DNA of 64,000 bases from the human T2T-CHM13v2.0 reference genome, Homo sapiens: assembly GCF_009914755.1 (NCBI RefSeq), contig NC_060926.1; one strand, 5' to 3'. Both the position numbers and the translations under genes were made by a program. Below the pieces are notes generated by a model. The model saw only the letters and a list, made by a program, of their open reading frames with translations. It made no database searches and was not told the DNA's origin. This document shows, in pieces, positions 15,671 to 36,329 of this stretch (position 1 is its first letter; each line of letters starts with the position of its first letter).

Positions 15671-17290
15671 GGCCCTGTGCTTTGTGTCCCTTGCAGTAGG
15701 AGAGGAGGAGGGAGGCAGCAGAGGCTGGAGCATGGGGCCTGCTGGAGCATGGAGCCTGCTGCAGGCATGGACGCCGGGCTCTATGCTGGCTGAGGTGAAC
15801 AGGGAGACTAAGAGTACATGGCATCTTTTGTCCTCCAGAACATGGAGAGGCAGGGGGCATTTATGGGGTCTTCATTTTACATCCTGTAAGCTTTTGCAGG
15901 GTCCTTGTGAGCTGCCAGTATTGTCTGGCTCTGGGGATTGTGGAAATGGCCTTGAGAAGGTTTTGTAAAAGGGCAGGCAGGGTTTCTGCACAGTCCCCCT
16001 TTGTTGCGGGGTAAAGGCCCATGTGGGAGGCTCCAAACGCCATCCTGTAGACAAATAGGGCGGTTGGCAGGGCAGAGGCACCTGGGTAGACTCAGAGCAC
16101 TCCACTTTCTCACCCTGAGACCAGAGCAAGTCATGGGACCGTATCCATAGCTTCAAATTGGGAACTTGCCCGCCCTGGAAAGGGTCGCTGTGCTAACTAA
16201 AAGTGTGGCAGGAGGGCAGGCACCTGGTGCCCAGCTGGCCAGGACCATGCTCCAGGCAGGATCTCCCTGCAAGAGGGCATCGCGGCAGCAGCGAGGTATA
16301 CATCGAGTGCCAGGTTATACCCTGCACATTGCCAGGTGTCGGGATTATGCAGTGGAATCAGCAAACAGGTTAGACTGAGGCTTAGACAGGAGGACTGAGG
16401 CTTAGCTAAGGAAATGGAGCTCATGCCCACTAAGAACTATGGTAACTGTGCTGTGTTCCCTGGGCAGTGGGGGCTGCATGGCATTGATGGGACCGAAGCA
16501 GTGTGATCCTGCAGGGACATCTGAGACCCAGCAGCTGTGTTGTAGGAGTGAGAGGGTTAAGAGCTCCAAGTCATTCTTACGGCTCATACAGTCCCATGGG
16601 ATTTTACTCCTAACCTTGGGGAGACCAGATCCAGGGACAAACCTGACAGTGGCCCAGATCCGAGAAGATTGTTCCACCCATACTGGCCTGGGGTGATTCC
16701 TAGGTCCACACCGCCTTTGGTCACTGTCCACCTTCATTTCAATGCATGAGGATGGAGCTCTGTGGCACACCCAGCTCTCTTCTGGGCAGGGTGGTCATCC
16801 TGCCCAGAAGAGATGGGGGCCTGTACATGGGCTGTGAAGAGCAGGCACATTTTAAGTAGGTAGCAGCATCCAGGGAAATCATTCTAGGAAGACAAATCCA
16901 GAAACAAGGGTCTTCCTGAGAGCAGCAGCTGTGGCTCACATCCATTGTGGCCAAAGGAGTCTTGGCTTTGTGACCTCGACCACACTTTTCTGGGCTCCAC
17001 TTTCCCCATCTGGAAAATGAGAAGGGATAGGTACCCCCTTAGGGTCCCTTCCACTCAGGCCTTCCACGTGCTCCCCCCTCAACATACCCAGCACTGTGTC
17101 TTGCATGCAGTAGGCACCCAGGTCGTGGCGAAATGGCACTCAGACTCCGCAAGGTCCCAGTCCTTCTACCACCTTGGCGACCACAGGGGACCTTGGTGCT
17201 GGTGGATCTGACTTGTCCCTGAAGCGCTGCTTCACTCACTCACTCACTCCTCCTGTTCTTCTTTCTGTCCCCAATGCTGTTACTCCACAG

Positions 17291-17341
17291 GAGGACTTCC
17301 GGAATAAAGTGGATGACTACATCAAACGTTATGCCAGATGA
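17291..17341 (+). CDS. UBE2F: UBE2F terminal coding segment (EDFRNKVDDYIKRYAR*)
   Basis: ctccacag|GAG; TGA at 17339-17341 followed immediately by TAA. Confidence 0.96.
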   Translation, partial: EDFRNKVDDYIKRYAR

Positions 17342-18600
17342 TAAAAGGGGACGATTGCAGGCCCATGGACTGTGTTACAGTTTGTCTCTAACATGAAACA
17401 GCAAGAGGTAGCCCCCTCTCCCGTCCTCATGCTCCCTCTCAGTCCCCTGGATTGCCCCAGTCCTGTGACCATGTTGCCCTGAAGAAGACCATCTTCATGA
17501 CTGCTCATTGTAGATGGAGAATTCAACATAAATACAGCAAGAAAATGTGTTTGGGCTTCTGAAGAGTTGTCTGCTTACCTTAACATGTTTACTTTTTTGA
17601 ACTTGTACTGTATAGGCTGTTGGTGAAATTCTTAAGAAGTTGTAATGAACTCAAAATTGAGGCCAGAGCTTGCTTTCCCTTTTCCCAAACAAAATTGGTT
17701 TTCTGCACAAGCGATGCTAATGATGTGTTCAGTGTAACTCGCAGATTGGCAATAAGATACCCGCTACAAACTGTGATTGGATGCAAAATCTCTTAGCTTC
17801 TTTCACGAATGTTGGCCCTGCCTAGATGTTGTGAAGCCTCCCAGAATGCATAGAGTCATTCACTGTAGATCTCTTATTGAAATGCGTATTTTATTTAATG
17901 TAAGTATATTTTGGAACAGATTTGTAATTTGTACAATTCAATGCTTTAATTATTTTTTCTATTCTCATTTAGTTTGTATTTTCATTGTATAGAGCAGACA
18001 GAAAGATGTTGGGTCAAGCAACTATTGAAGAGAAATACAAAGAAAATATGAAAGGCACATTATTCATTTTGTCCAAATGCAATGAGAATCTCACTCTTAA
18101 AAATCAGCTCTTGCTTTCGGGTCCGGATGTGGTGAGCACATTTTGGAGCCCTTTGAAGCTAGATTTGGATGATCAAAACAAAAAGGCAGGGAGCCCATTC
18201 TAACATGCTGCCCAGAGGAAACTGGCTGGAGCCTGGACCAGCTGGGGCTGATGCTTTTGCAGTGGTCATGTGATTGTGACCTGGTAGCTACTTATCAGAG
18301 AGCCAGACCCTGCTGTCCTGGGAGACAGGAGCGATGCCTCAGGAATCAGCCCAATGTCTGATGTCACTGAGACTGTACCTGTGGCCTTCTTCTGAGTTTG
18401 CTATGGCTCCAGGCCCTGCCGGTGGGGTGAGCCTCCTAGGCCTTGGAGGACCAGGAGTCAACAGTGGCATATGCCATCCTCGGCCAGGTTAATATACTGC
18501 AGAGGAAAAGCCCTGAAGAGAGGCAAGTGGATTTACTCCAGCATGTAGACATTTGAACCAGTGAAATCAAACACAAAATAAATGTCTGTCTAGTTTCATT
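17342..18600 (+). other. UBE2F: UBE2F 3' UTR (end approximate)
   Basis: repeat-free, partly AU-rich sequence from the stop codon to the first downstream canonical AATAAA. Confidence 0.75.
18577..18582 (+). terminator. Polyadenylation signal of UBE2F
   Basis: AATAAA followed by U/GU-rich sequence (tgtctgtctagtttcattttg). Confidence 0.75.
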
Positions 18601-20823
18601 TGCTGCCTGCCTAACACTCTCAAACTTAACTGCCAGCTTCCTTAGACCTCTGGATTCCCCCATCTGCCATCTACTGGGTTTAGTTTGTTTTTCTTAATTT
18701 ATAGAATCTCTGATTGTGAGATCAGTCTGTCACGGAGACCCAGCAGGTGAGGAATGTAGGCCTTGCTTCCTCTTTGCACCCATTAGACTTGAGGGTGGCC
18801 CCTGGCTAACAGGCCACACAGAGCAGGAAGGGTGAGATTGGTTAAAGAGAATGATGGCATCTCAGGAGCTCAGGCCTTGTCCAGGAGACACATTAATCCC
18901 CACCTCTCAGGGCCTGGGAGAGGGAGGTACTGCAGCTTCACACTTTTCCTCTGCCTAGTGTCAGAGGAACTTGCCAGCTGAGCACTAGGCTTCCTCTCTA
19001 GGCAGGGCAGGAGGCCAGCAGCTAATTCCTGCCCCCTCTGACCCAGGAAATGAGGTTCTCTGCTTGGTGCCAGTCCCAGGCCCAAGTCAGGGCACATCCC
19101 ATAGTAGTTGTTCGGGCTCCCTGGAGTTCCCCAGCTGGTGGTGCAGGTGTTGATGCAGGACTTTTCAGAAGAGCGCTTCTGTGGGAGAAACGCCTGCTGT
19201 CCAGTGGAAACGTTTATGCAGTGTACATGAAAGACAGTGTGCCCTCTGGACCACACTGAAAGTGGTAATATCAGTTATTCTGACATCAAAGTATCTGCAC
19301 AGTAGAAAAACACTTTGCTCATTATCAGGGATTAAGCAATTCTTTCAAAATGTCCAGATAACTGAATCATCCCATTCTGTCTAGTGGAAATCCCCCAGAG
19401 ATATGTTGCGCACACACACCCCATCTTAGGAGCACACTCAGATGCACCCCATCGCAGTAAGCAGCAGCTGTTGTCCTGGGTGCTTGGCCAGTGGGGCCCT
19501 TGGGATCTGTTGGGTGACTGTGGGACCCAGTTTCCTTCCAGACTTTTTGAATTCTTAGCATTCCCCTCCCTCTTTCACAGGCCAAAGTCACATTTCTGGC
19601 TCCAGCGCATGTGCCCCCAACCAACCGGGTACTAGTTGGTGATTTCTGATCTGTCAGGGAATGGGAATCCCTATACTCGGCCAAAAGGCCAGTCCTGGAA
19701 ATAGGTGAGAGTGGGCAGGCCCTTGGGGAAGTGAAGCTCTTGGGAAGCTCTGACATCCAGTTGGACAACCAGAACCTTTGCTTCCTGAATCCTGGTTCTT
19801 GGCTGGACTCCAGAGGGTCCTTATGACTATTGCTTAGAATTTGATGCATAAGCTGTATGTTTTTCAAGCACTCCTAGAAGGAAACACTTCCAGGGTAAGC
19901 CTCTCAGAAGAAGGCTCACATCTTACCTCTGATCTTCCCCTAAATAATCACCAGCAGGTGACCATCTCTTTGCAGCCTTTCTACTAAGGAGCCAAGGCAA
20001 GAGTATTACTCAGATATTGAAAATGGATCTCAGCTGTGCCCCTCGCCTTTTCTCCCACGACTCGTCATCTGTGATGTTTCCACCAGCTTTATTTGCAGAG
20101 CACAGACCACAGGGAGCCAGTGTCTTGGGTTAGGGTTGTCTTCACCTGCCCTCGTCTCCAGGCACGAGAGGCCTGAGAGGCTGCTCAGGAGCTAAAACAT
20201 TGTGAATGTCCATTCTTGTAAAGGATCAGGTACCTTAGTATTCGGCAGTTTACATGATTCAAAGCACCTGTGCATGTTTTCCTCTTTCTCTAGTTACTTG
20301 CACACTTGTCTGGAAAGACCTTGTGGGGTGTAGAACACAACAGTGTTCATAGCTAGGCCAGTCTCAGCAGTGTCCTAGCCCATTCAGAGGCCATCTGGTG
20401 ATAGACCCAGCATGTTTTTTTCTTATGGCAGCAGAAAGATTGAATAGCCTTTCTGCTGGATTCTAGACCCCCAAAAAAGAAAAATAAAATCCCAGTGGGC
20501 AAACTCCCAGGCGGTGGTGATCACTAAAATCTGTCACAGTCTTCAGTGAACAAACCCCACTTGCTGTTCCTGGGGTTGCTCTGCTGCCACTCCCCATCCC
20601 CGCTTATTTAAAGAACTGCTGTGAAAAATCAGTTCCAGTTTCTTCTGTAAAACCCACGGCACTACTGGTGCATTCTGAGTTACACTTGTTAAGTAGAACC
20701 TTCTTATTCCCTAAGAGATTTTCAAAATAAGTCACTTATTCCTGTTAACATCGCCCTTTTTGTCAATAATCAAATCAAGCAGGTTGTGTTTTTTTATGTA
20801 AGAATTCCAACAAGAAGATGTAA

Positions 20824-21144
<321 letters not shown>

Positions 21145-24100
21145 CTTCACTTTTATCCATATGTTTCGCTTTGGAAATTCAAGTTTGCTACACGTTCACT
21201 ATTCTTCATAAAATAAGTCTAGTAAAATGTTGATATATAGTCTTAGTAAAATGTTTAACTTGTTCTTTGCCAAAGAATAATTTGAAAAATGAGAAAACCT
21301 GTCACTCCCTTCTTTCCTCCCTCCTATAGCCCCACCTAAAATTAAACATATTGAACAGCTGAGAGGGGCTGGTTCAGAGGCGTCTGTATCACCTATCTAC
21401 GCCACCTCTCTTACCCCGGGTTTCCATAGATTACAGAAATTTATTTATTGAAAGAATTGTGGTTTGAAAAAATAAAGTTCTTCAAGAAACCCACTGATGG
21501 GAGCATTTGGGGACCCCGCATTGTTAAGAATATCTGTTTGTTCACACAGTTATATAAATAACCGAATGATCACTTCAAAAAATTCATCTTAGGCCTTGCT
21601 GATTCTCATTGGCAAATTCACTGAGCCAGAGTTCTTCCAGTATATTCACTGCTTTTTTTCTTTTTCTTTTTTTTTTTTTTTTAGCTTATGTCAGGGCCAG
21701 ATGGAAATGACAGTGCCTACTCCAAGAGTTCCCCATGCTGGGAAAGAGAACACCTGTGAACAGGGCCTCCATGCACAGCCAACTGGGGTAAATACTTGTC
21801 AGGGAGGCACAGTAACCAGGAGAGACTTACATAGTAGCCATAGTGGCTTAGAACTTCCATTTTGTCTCTTCCTTGGGCCTCTGGTCCACAGTTCATGTGT
21901 GGGTGTTTCCCCTTCACTGATAATCTAGGTGGTACCCAGGTGATGCTCTTGTGGCCTATAAGGCCTCCTCTGTCTGTATTTGTTGTATTTTTCAGTGTTG
22001 GGTTTTCATCACCTCATTGTCCAGCCTCATGACGTTCCTAGCAGCTCATCACTCGTATGTCATTCCTGATGCCTAATGTTCGAAGATTACTTTGTCTCAA
22101 ACCAGTCATTGATATTACCAGATATCCCTTTCTAAAAATATGTATTCCAGCCTCAGTGACCCTGTTCACCTGTGTCCTTTCCTCTCCTACCCATGGTGAG
22201 GTGGAGGAGCTGTAGCTGGGAGCAGCCCTGTGGGTCAGTAGCCTTGTTTCCTATTCCTAAGAGGTTTCCGCCTCAAGTTAGTCTGGAAAGAGAGAACCTG
22301 TCTCCCTGGGGAATGCTGTGGCAAGGAGCTCCAGATAGAGCAGGAGACACAGGTGGAGCCCAGTGACTGTGGAGCCCACTCACATGGCTGTGTGCTCTGC
22401 CATACCCATCACAGTGGCATGTGACAGAAACCATGGTCATTGTAGGAAGGGCAGTGGGATGTGGAAGAGCTGGCCAGACAGGCAGGTGAGACTAAAACCC
22501 GTGGGGATGGCCTCCTCACCCACATCCTCTCCACTTTACTGCTGCAGAGGTTTCTGAAACACCTCTGACCATTCCACCTCTTCCTCTTGCCTTCAGAATA
22601 AGCATTCCTGTGCCTGGCATACAGAGCCCATTGTCACTGGGCCCCTGTCCACCCTGCCAGCCACTGCCCTGAAGACCCTGGCCTCAAAGTAGTGCTTAAC
22701 ATGCTCTGAGATGAGGCCCACTCTTCCAAGACACTCAGCCTCCCTCTTGGGACTCCTTCAAGGGTTAGGTCATATAGTGCCACTGCTATGAAACTGTTCC
22801 TGCTCCTACAGGTAGACGAACACTTTCTGAGTATCCTTGTCTTTCCCAAGCTTCCAGAAGCACCAAGGGTGTGGACTGCACTTATTCACATATGTATTCC
22901 TGCCTCTCCCAGGAGTCAGCATCTGGAGTACAGGCCTTAGCCAGCTGCAGTAACTGAGTAGGTTACTACAATGTGATTTTTGGCTGTTGAGTAAATATGT
23001 AGTAGCTTAAGAGCACAGTACACCAGCTGCAAGCCTGCTTGTGGCAGTCAACCAGGAGCTGGGTGGACTTACTAGCCCAGGCAATAGCTGAGGATGGCGT
23101 CTGGCACCACCCAGGCAAGGTAACTGCCTTTCCATCAGCTGACAGATGTCAAGGCTGAGCAGAGTTTACTTTGCTTGAGTAAAGCCTGTGGGAAAATGCT
23201 GCAGAAAAGAAGAAGTAATATCCTGGAGATTCTAAGGGTAAACATGATTTTGGAAATGAAGTGTAGAATGAAAAAAAATCTTTTAGGGAAGAAAAATCCA
23301 CATGTTTAGGAAAATGCAGTAAATTGCACCTTTGACTAAAAAAGCCCTAAGTAGGCAATAGGCCAAAGTGAAAAGGAAACAGAATGAAACTATAAAAGAA
23401 CTAGATGAAGAAACTAAAATCATCATAATAAAGTGCACAGCAAAGGGCAGAATTGATGCTGAGAAAGTAGATCAATGATGTGGAGACAAATTTGAGGAAT
23501 TCTCCCAGAATGCAGAAGAAAACAGACAAAAGCCATCGGAAGGAAGATAACAGGACAGAGGGGACTTGTGCTTGCAGCTTGAGTAACAAGGATTGGATCT
23601 ACCCTCCTATATGAAATAAGCAAAAACCCAACAATATCTATGGCTTTTCAGGCTTTCAGACATGACGTCAGGCAGTTCATGACAGCGATTTAAATTAACA
23701 ATCTCCTAACATAATAGAAATGTCCAAGATACAAATGAAAATCACTCATCATACCAAGAACCAGGAAAATTGCAACTTAAATGAGAAAATACAATAAACT
23801 GACACTAATGAGCTGAATCAGATGGAATTTTCTTATAAGTATTTTTAAAGTACCCATCATAAAAATGTTTCAAAAGCTGTTAATGAATTGTTCTGAGACA
23901 AATAAAAAAATAGAATATCTCTACAAGGATATAGAACTTACAGAAAACCAAGTGGAAGTTATTGAACTAAAATGTGCAGTGACAGAAACTTTAAAAATTT
24001 ACTGGGTGAGCCCAATAGTAGAGTAGAAATAACAGAAGATACAATCAGCAAATCTGAGGACAGATCAATAGAATTTACTAAATCCGAAGAGAGAGAAACC

Positions 24101-24163
24101 AAAAAGGGGGAGTGCAGGAGGACAAAGCCTCAATGGAACAATGACAAAAGATTCCATTTCCTA

Positions 24164-26998
<2,835 letters not shown>

Positions 26999-27353
26999 GA
27001 GAAATGTGTCATTTAACAAATCTTGTAGTTCCATGAAAAGCCCCACTTGCAAGGCTGTATTTGACTTGAGTTAGAGCTCACTGAGGACAAAACTGCTTTT
27101 CCCAGGTTGCAATATATAAGTGCAGTATACTGTAATCACTAGCAATGAACAATCTAAAAATGAAAATAAGAAAAGCAATTCCATTTGTGATGGCATAAAA
27201 AATACTTAGTGATACATTTAATAAAAGAAACAAGACTTAGAGACAAAAACTACAAAATACCACTGGAAGAAATTGAAGACAAATAAATGGAAAGCCATTC
27301 TGTGTTTATGTTTTGCAAGACTTAATATTGTTAAGATGACAATACTCCCTAAA

Positions 27354-27705
27354 TGACATGGTTTGGCTGTGTCCCCACCCAAATCTCATCTTAAATTCCC
27401 ACGTGTTATGGGAGGGACCCGGTGGGAGGTAATTGAATCATGGTGGCAGGTCTTTTCCGTGCTGTCCTCGTGGTGATGGGTGAGTCTCACGAGATCTGAT
27501 GGTTTTATAAGGGGGAGTTTGCCTGCACAAGCTCTCTCTTTGCCTGCTGCCATCCACATAAGATGTGACTTGCTCCTCCTTGCCTTCCACCATGATTGTG
27601 AAGCCTCCCCAGCCATGTGGAACTGTAAGTCCATTAAACCTCTTCCTTTTGTGTATTGCCCAGTCTCCGGTATGTCTATCAGCAGCATGAAAAAGGACTA
27701 ATACA
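27354..27705 (+). mobile_element. Solo THE1 (MaLR) LTR, THE1A/B-like, inserted in an L1
   Basis: TGACATGGTTTGGCTGTGTCCCCACCCAAATCTCATC...GGACTAATACA; 5-bp TSD CTAAA on both sides. Confidence 0.92.
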
Positions 27706-27949
27706 CTAAATAAACGTACAGATTTAGTGCAAACCCTCTCAAGCTAATCCTAACAGTCTTGAGAAAATTTAAGGGGCCCCAAATAGCCAACACAGTCTTG
27801 AAAAGGGACAAATCTAGAGGACTCACACTTTGTGATTTCCAAACTTAACTATAAAGTCATAGCAATCAAGACAGTGTCATAAGGAGAGATGTATAGATTA
27901 ATAGATAATAGAGTCCAGAAATAAACCTATACATCTATGGTCAATTGAG

Positions 27950-31930
<3,981 letters not shown>

Positions 31931-32233
31931 AGAGCAAAATATTCAAAGCAAGCAGGAAGGAAATAAAGAGACAACATATAGAGGAACAAAGATAAGAGTG
32001 ACAACAGATGTCTCGTGCAGACAATACAAGCAAGAAAATATTGGAGAAGTAACTCTAAAGTGCTGAAAGAAAAAATCTCAAGCCAGAATTCTAGATCTAA
32101 GGAACATATCAAATATGAAGGCAAAATAACAAGTTTTCATGTGTACAAAAGCTGAAGGAAGCATACCAGCAGACTAGCACTACAAAGTCCTCTGGCAGAA
32201 GAAATGATACCAAATGGAAACGTGGAACCACAT

Positions 32234-32425
32234 CAGGGTTTCTCCCCTTTGGCACTGGCGACACTTGGGGCTAATAATTTATTGTGGGGGATGCTCAGTA
32301 GTATAAATAGCCTCACTCACTACAGCCCAGAAGCACCACAGCTCCTGTTATGGTAACCAAAATTGTCTCCAGATATGACCAAAGGACCCCTGGAAGGAAA
32401 AATCACCTCTGCTTGAGAATCACCA
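32234..32425 (-). mobile_element. MER20 (hAT-Charlie) remnant
   Basis: ...aaccaaaattgtctccagata...ttgagaatcacc resembles the reverse-complement MER20 consensus. Confidence 0.7.
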
Positions 32426-33091
32426 TATTCAATGGACAATTTTATTTCATATTTTCCATCTCTATCCTTTTGAGCAATAATCAGAGAATTCCTAGGGCCA
32501 GTTCACGAATTCACTCCTCAGCTATGCCTATTCTGCTCTTCAACCCATCTATTGGGGGGTTCTAAAAAAAACAATAAACCTTATTTATTAGAGGAGTTTT
32601 AGGTTCACTTGAAAATTGAGCAGTTACCATATATCCCCTGCCTGTGCACATGTACGCAACCTCCTCCACTATCAACATCCACTGTGGTACTTTTGTTAAC
32701 AACTGATTAAACTTCATTGACACATCATCACCCATAGTCCATAGTTTACATTAGGATTCATTCTTGGTGTTGTATCTTCTGTGAATTTTGACAAATATAT
32801 TACATGTATCCACCATTATAGTATACAAAATAGTTCATTGCCCTAAAAATTCTGTTCTCTGCCTATGCATCTTTTCCTTCCCCAACACCTGACAACTCAT
32901 GTTGAGTTTTTAAACTTCAATTATTAATGTCTAGTATCTCTTTTCACTGTTTGTTCTTGTTTCATGACAGCCTATTTTTTTTTTAAATAAAATACCCATT
33001 TGTCTCAAGACCTTGCTCTATTGGAGACCTACTCTGATAGCTCTATAAACTTTTTCCCTTAGGTGAGAATTCTATTTGGTGCACGTGCTAT

Positions 33092-34327
33092 TGTGTCCGG
33101 AATTGGTGGGTTCTTGGTCTCACTGACTTCAAGAATGAAGCCGCGGACCCTCGCGGTGAGTGTTACAGTTCTTAAAGGCGGCGTGTCCAGAGTTTGTTCC
33201 TTCTGATGTATGGATGTGTTTGGAGTTTCTTCCTTCTGGTGGGGTTTGTGGTCTGGCTGGCTCAGGAGTGAAGCTGCGGACCTTCGCGGTGAGTGCTACA
33301 GCTCTTAAGGCAGTGCGTCTGGAGTTGTTCGTTCCTCCCGGTGGGTTCGTGGTCTCGCTGGCTTCAGGAGTGAAGCTGCAGACCTTCGTGGTGAGTGTTA
33401 CAGCTCATAAAGGCAGTGTGGACCCAAAGAGCGAGCAGCAGCAAGATTTATTGCAAAGAGTGAAAGAACAAAGCTTTGACAGCGTGGAAGGGACCCGAGC
33501 GGGTTGCCACTGCTGGCTCGGGCAGCCTGCTTTTATTCTCTTATCTGGCCCTACCCACATCCTGCTGATTGGTCCTTTTTACAGAGAGCCGAGTGGTCTG
33601 TTTTGACAGGGCGCTGATTGGTGCGTTTACAATCCCTGAGCTAGACACAAAGGTTCTCCAAGTCCCCACCAGACTCAGGAGTCCAGCTGGCTTCACCCAG
33701 TGGATCCCCCACTGCGGCTGCAGATGGAGCTGCCTGCCAGTCCCGCTTGCCCTGCGCCTGCACTCCGCAGCCCTTGGGCGGTGGATGGTACTGGGTGCCC
33801 TGGAGTAGGGAGCAGCGCTCGTCTGGGAGGCTCAGGCTGCGCAGGAGCCCATGGAAGTGAGGAGGTTCAGGCATGGCAGGCTGCAGGTCCCGAGCCCTGC
33901 CCCACGGGGAGGCAGCTAAGGCCCGGCGAGAAATCCAGCGCAGCGCAGGTGGGCCGGCACTGCTGGGGGACCCAGTACACCCTCCGCAGCCGCTGGCCCG
34001 GGTGCTAAGCCCCTCATTGCCCGGGGCCGGCGGGGCCGGCTGGCAGGCCGCTCCGAGTGCGGGGCCCGCCGAGCCCACGCCCACCCGGAACTCCAGCTGG
34101 CCCAGAAGCGCCCCGCGCAGCCCTGGTTCCCGCTCGCGCCTCTCCCTCCACACCTCGCTGCAAGCTGAGGGAGCCGGCTCCAGCCTTGGCCAGCCCAGAA
34201 AGGGGCTCCCACAGTGCAGCGGTGGGCTGAAGGGCTCCTCAAGTGCCACCAAAGTGGGAGCCCAGGCAGAGGAGGCGCCGAGAGCGAGCGAGGGCTGCCA
34301 GGGCTGCCAGCACGCTGTCACCTCTCA
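33092..34327 (-). mobile_element. Solo ERV9 LTR (LTR12C-like)
   Basis: minus strand begins TGAGAGGTGACAGCGTGCTGGCAG and ends CCAATTCCGGACACA; 4-bp TSD CTAT (33088-33091, 34328-34331); CpG-rich U3. Confidence 0.93.
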
Positions 34328-34871
34328 CTATCTTCATGGAGATGCCATTCCTCAAATGTCTGGCCACTATGGGGCACTTGTGTTTGTATTAGAGACATCT
34401 TGGTAGGTCATCTGTTGCATGTGTGACCAGTATACTTGGAATGGTGGTAGCTGCTGCTGCGTGTTGTACCCTAAACTGTTTTCAGCTGGGCTACCTCAGC
34501 ACCTGGGCTTCTGTATGTTTGTACTCAATTCTTTCGGGGTATCACCAGCCATGTTGGACACTATCTTGTCTGACTCCACCACTACACTCACTATGTTCAC
34601 CTGGAAACACAAACCTTATTGCTGCCTAACTGGCCCAAGGAGTGCTTGGGATGAATCGTCACTTTGTCCATTGTCCTTGGGCTCCTATCCTTACAGCCTT
34701 CCAAACAGATTTAGAGAATGAATTCTCCCCATGCCTATCAACTTCCCTAGCCACCTTTACTCTTAACTTCATCCCCTATCGTCTCCTCCAGGACTTTGGC
34801 TCCTCTTCCTTGCACGTCCTGTTGGCTACCTCCCTTTAGCCTATGAACATGTTCAGTCTCTATTTGCTCTT

Positions 34872-35236
<365 letters not shown>

Positions 35237-36329
35237 TGACTGCATTCTTCATTTTTTCATATCCCATCTTTGCATTCTAACTTCCATGGCTCTCCCATCA
35301 CTGAGACTTCTCTCGCTAGTTTATCAGTGCCTCCTAATTGTTACGCACAGTAGACTTCGGATTGCCTCTCAGCCACACTTTACACTATTATGTGTCTTCT
35401 TGACTTTTTTGACATTCCTTCTCAATTCCCTTTCCTTTCCTCCTCTTTTGACTGTTCTCATGCTCCTGTGCATCCATTTGCTTCTTAAATGTTGGTGGGC
35501 CCTTTGCTATTGGCTGCATTTGGCAAGAAATGAGCTGCGTTTATAGGGAAGAATGAGAGAGAATGAGTCCAGAAATTTGCAGATTTGCTGTGCTGGAAAA
35601 GCCAAGTTATTCTGGACCCCAACAGGACACAAAATAGAGAAAGCCCATGAAAAGCCAATTAAAATTCAACCTCTTGGCAAAGCATGCTTGAAACCGAATT
35701 TTGGCTCCAGCCACTACTCGTGTGAACTTGGGCAAGATGCCTTTCTGTATCTTGGATTCCTCATACATAAATACCTACCAGACTGGGTTAATCATCAAGA
35801 TTAAATTAGTGAACACACGAAAAATACCTAGAACACTGCCTGGCATAGTTCAAGGCTCAATTAAAGGTAGACACTATTATGCCAAAAAAACAAAAAACAA
35901 AGAAAGTGACGGTAGGATGGCTTCGTGAGGATTTTTGCTCATTTCTACCACTTTCTCAACTGACTTTTCTTAATGGTTGGCGGGACACCAACCATTGGTG
36001 GATGTTTACACTTGTGACTGTCTCACAGACAACTCAACATGTCCAAAGCTAAACCCATCATCTTTCCCCCTCCCGTCTTCCCTCTTACCCAGATAAAGGC
36101 ACTAACATCTTCCCAGTCACTTGTCTAATCCTTGCTTCCTTCCTGTCCCTCATGCCCCAATTCCTATTTAACGGCCTAAACAGATCTTGAATTAATCTTT
36201 CCTGCGTTTCCACGCCCACTTAGAGTCCCTCATCTCTGGCCCTATTTTCTCAATGCCCTCCCATCCTCTACTCCAGATCCCCTCAAGTCCATCCTCGATG
36301 CGTGACTCTTAACTTCACGCCATCCAGGT

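Noticed and set aside
17303-17308. AATAAA in the last UBE2F exon (also ATTAAA in SCLY exon 6 and AATAAA at 59117)
   Set aside because: They fall within coding codons or in the branch region of an intron; no support for use as poly(A) signals
17339-17760. UBE2F ends TGA-TAA next to a selenocysteine lyase gene, with an ATGA-N12-AA...GA pattern at about 17720-17758 suggesting a SECIS and a C-terminal Sec
   Set aside because: The helix between the putative quartet and AA loop pairs poorly by eye, UBE2F is not among known human selenoproteins, and tandem stops are common. SECISearch3 would settle it.
33160-34426. Long ORFs (148-226 aa) on both strands
   Set aside because: They lie almost entirely within the GC-rich LTR12C; low stop frequency artefact
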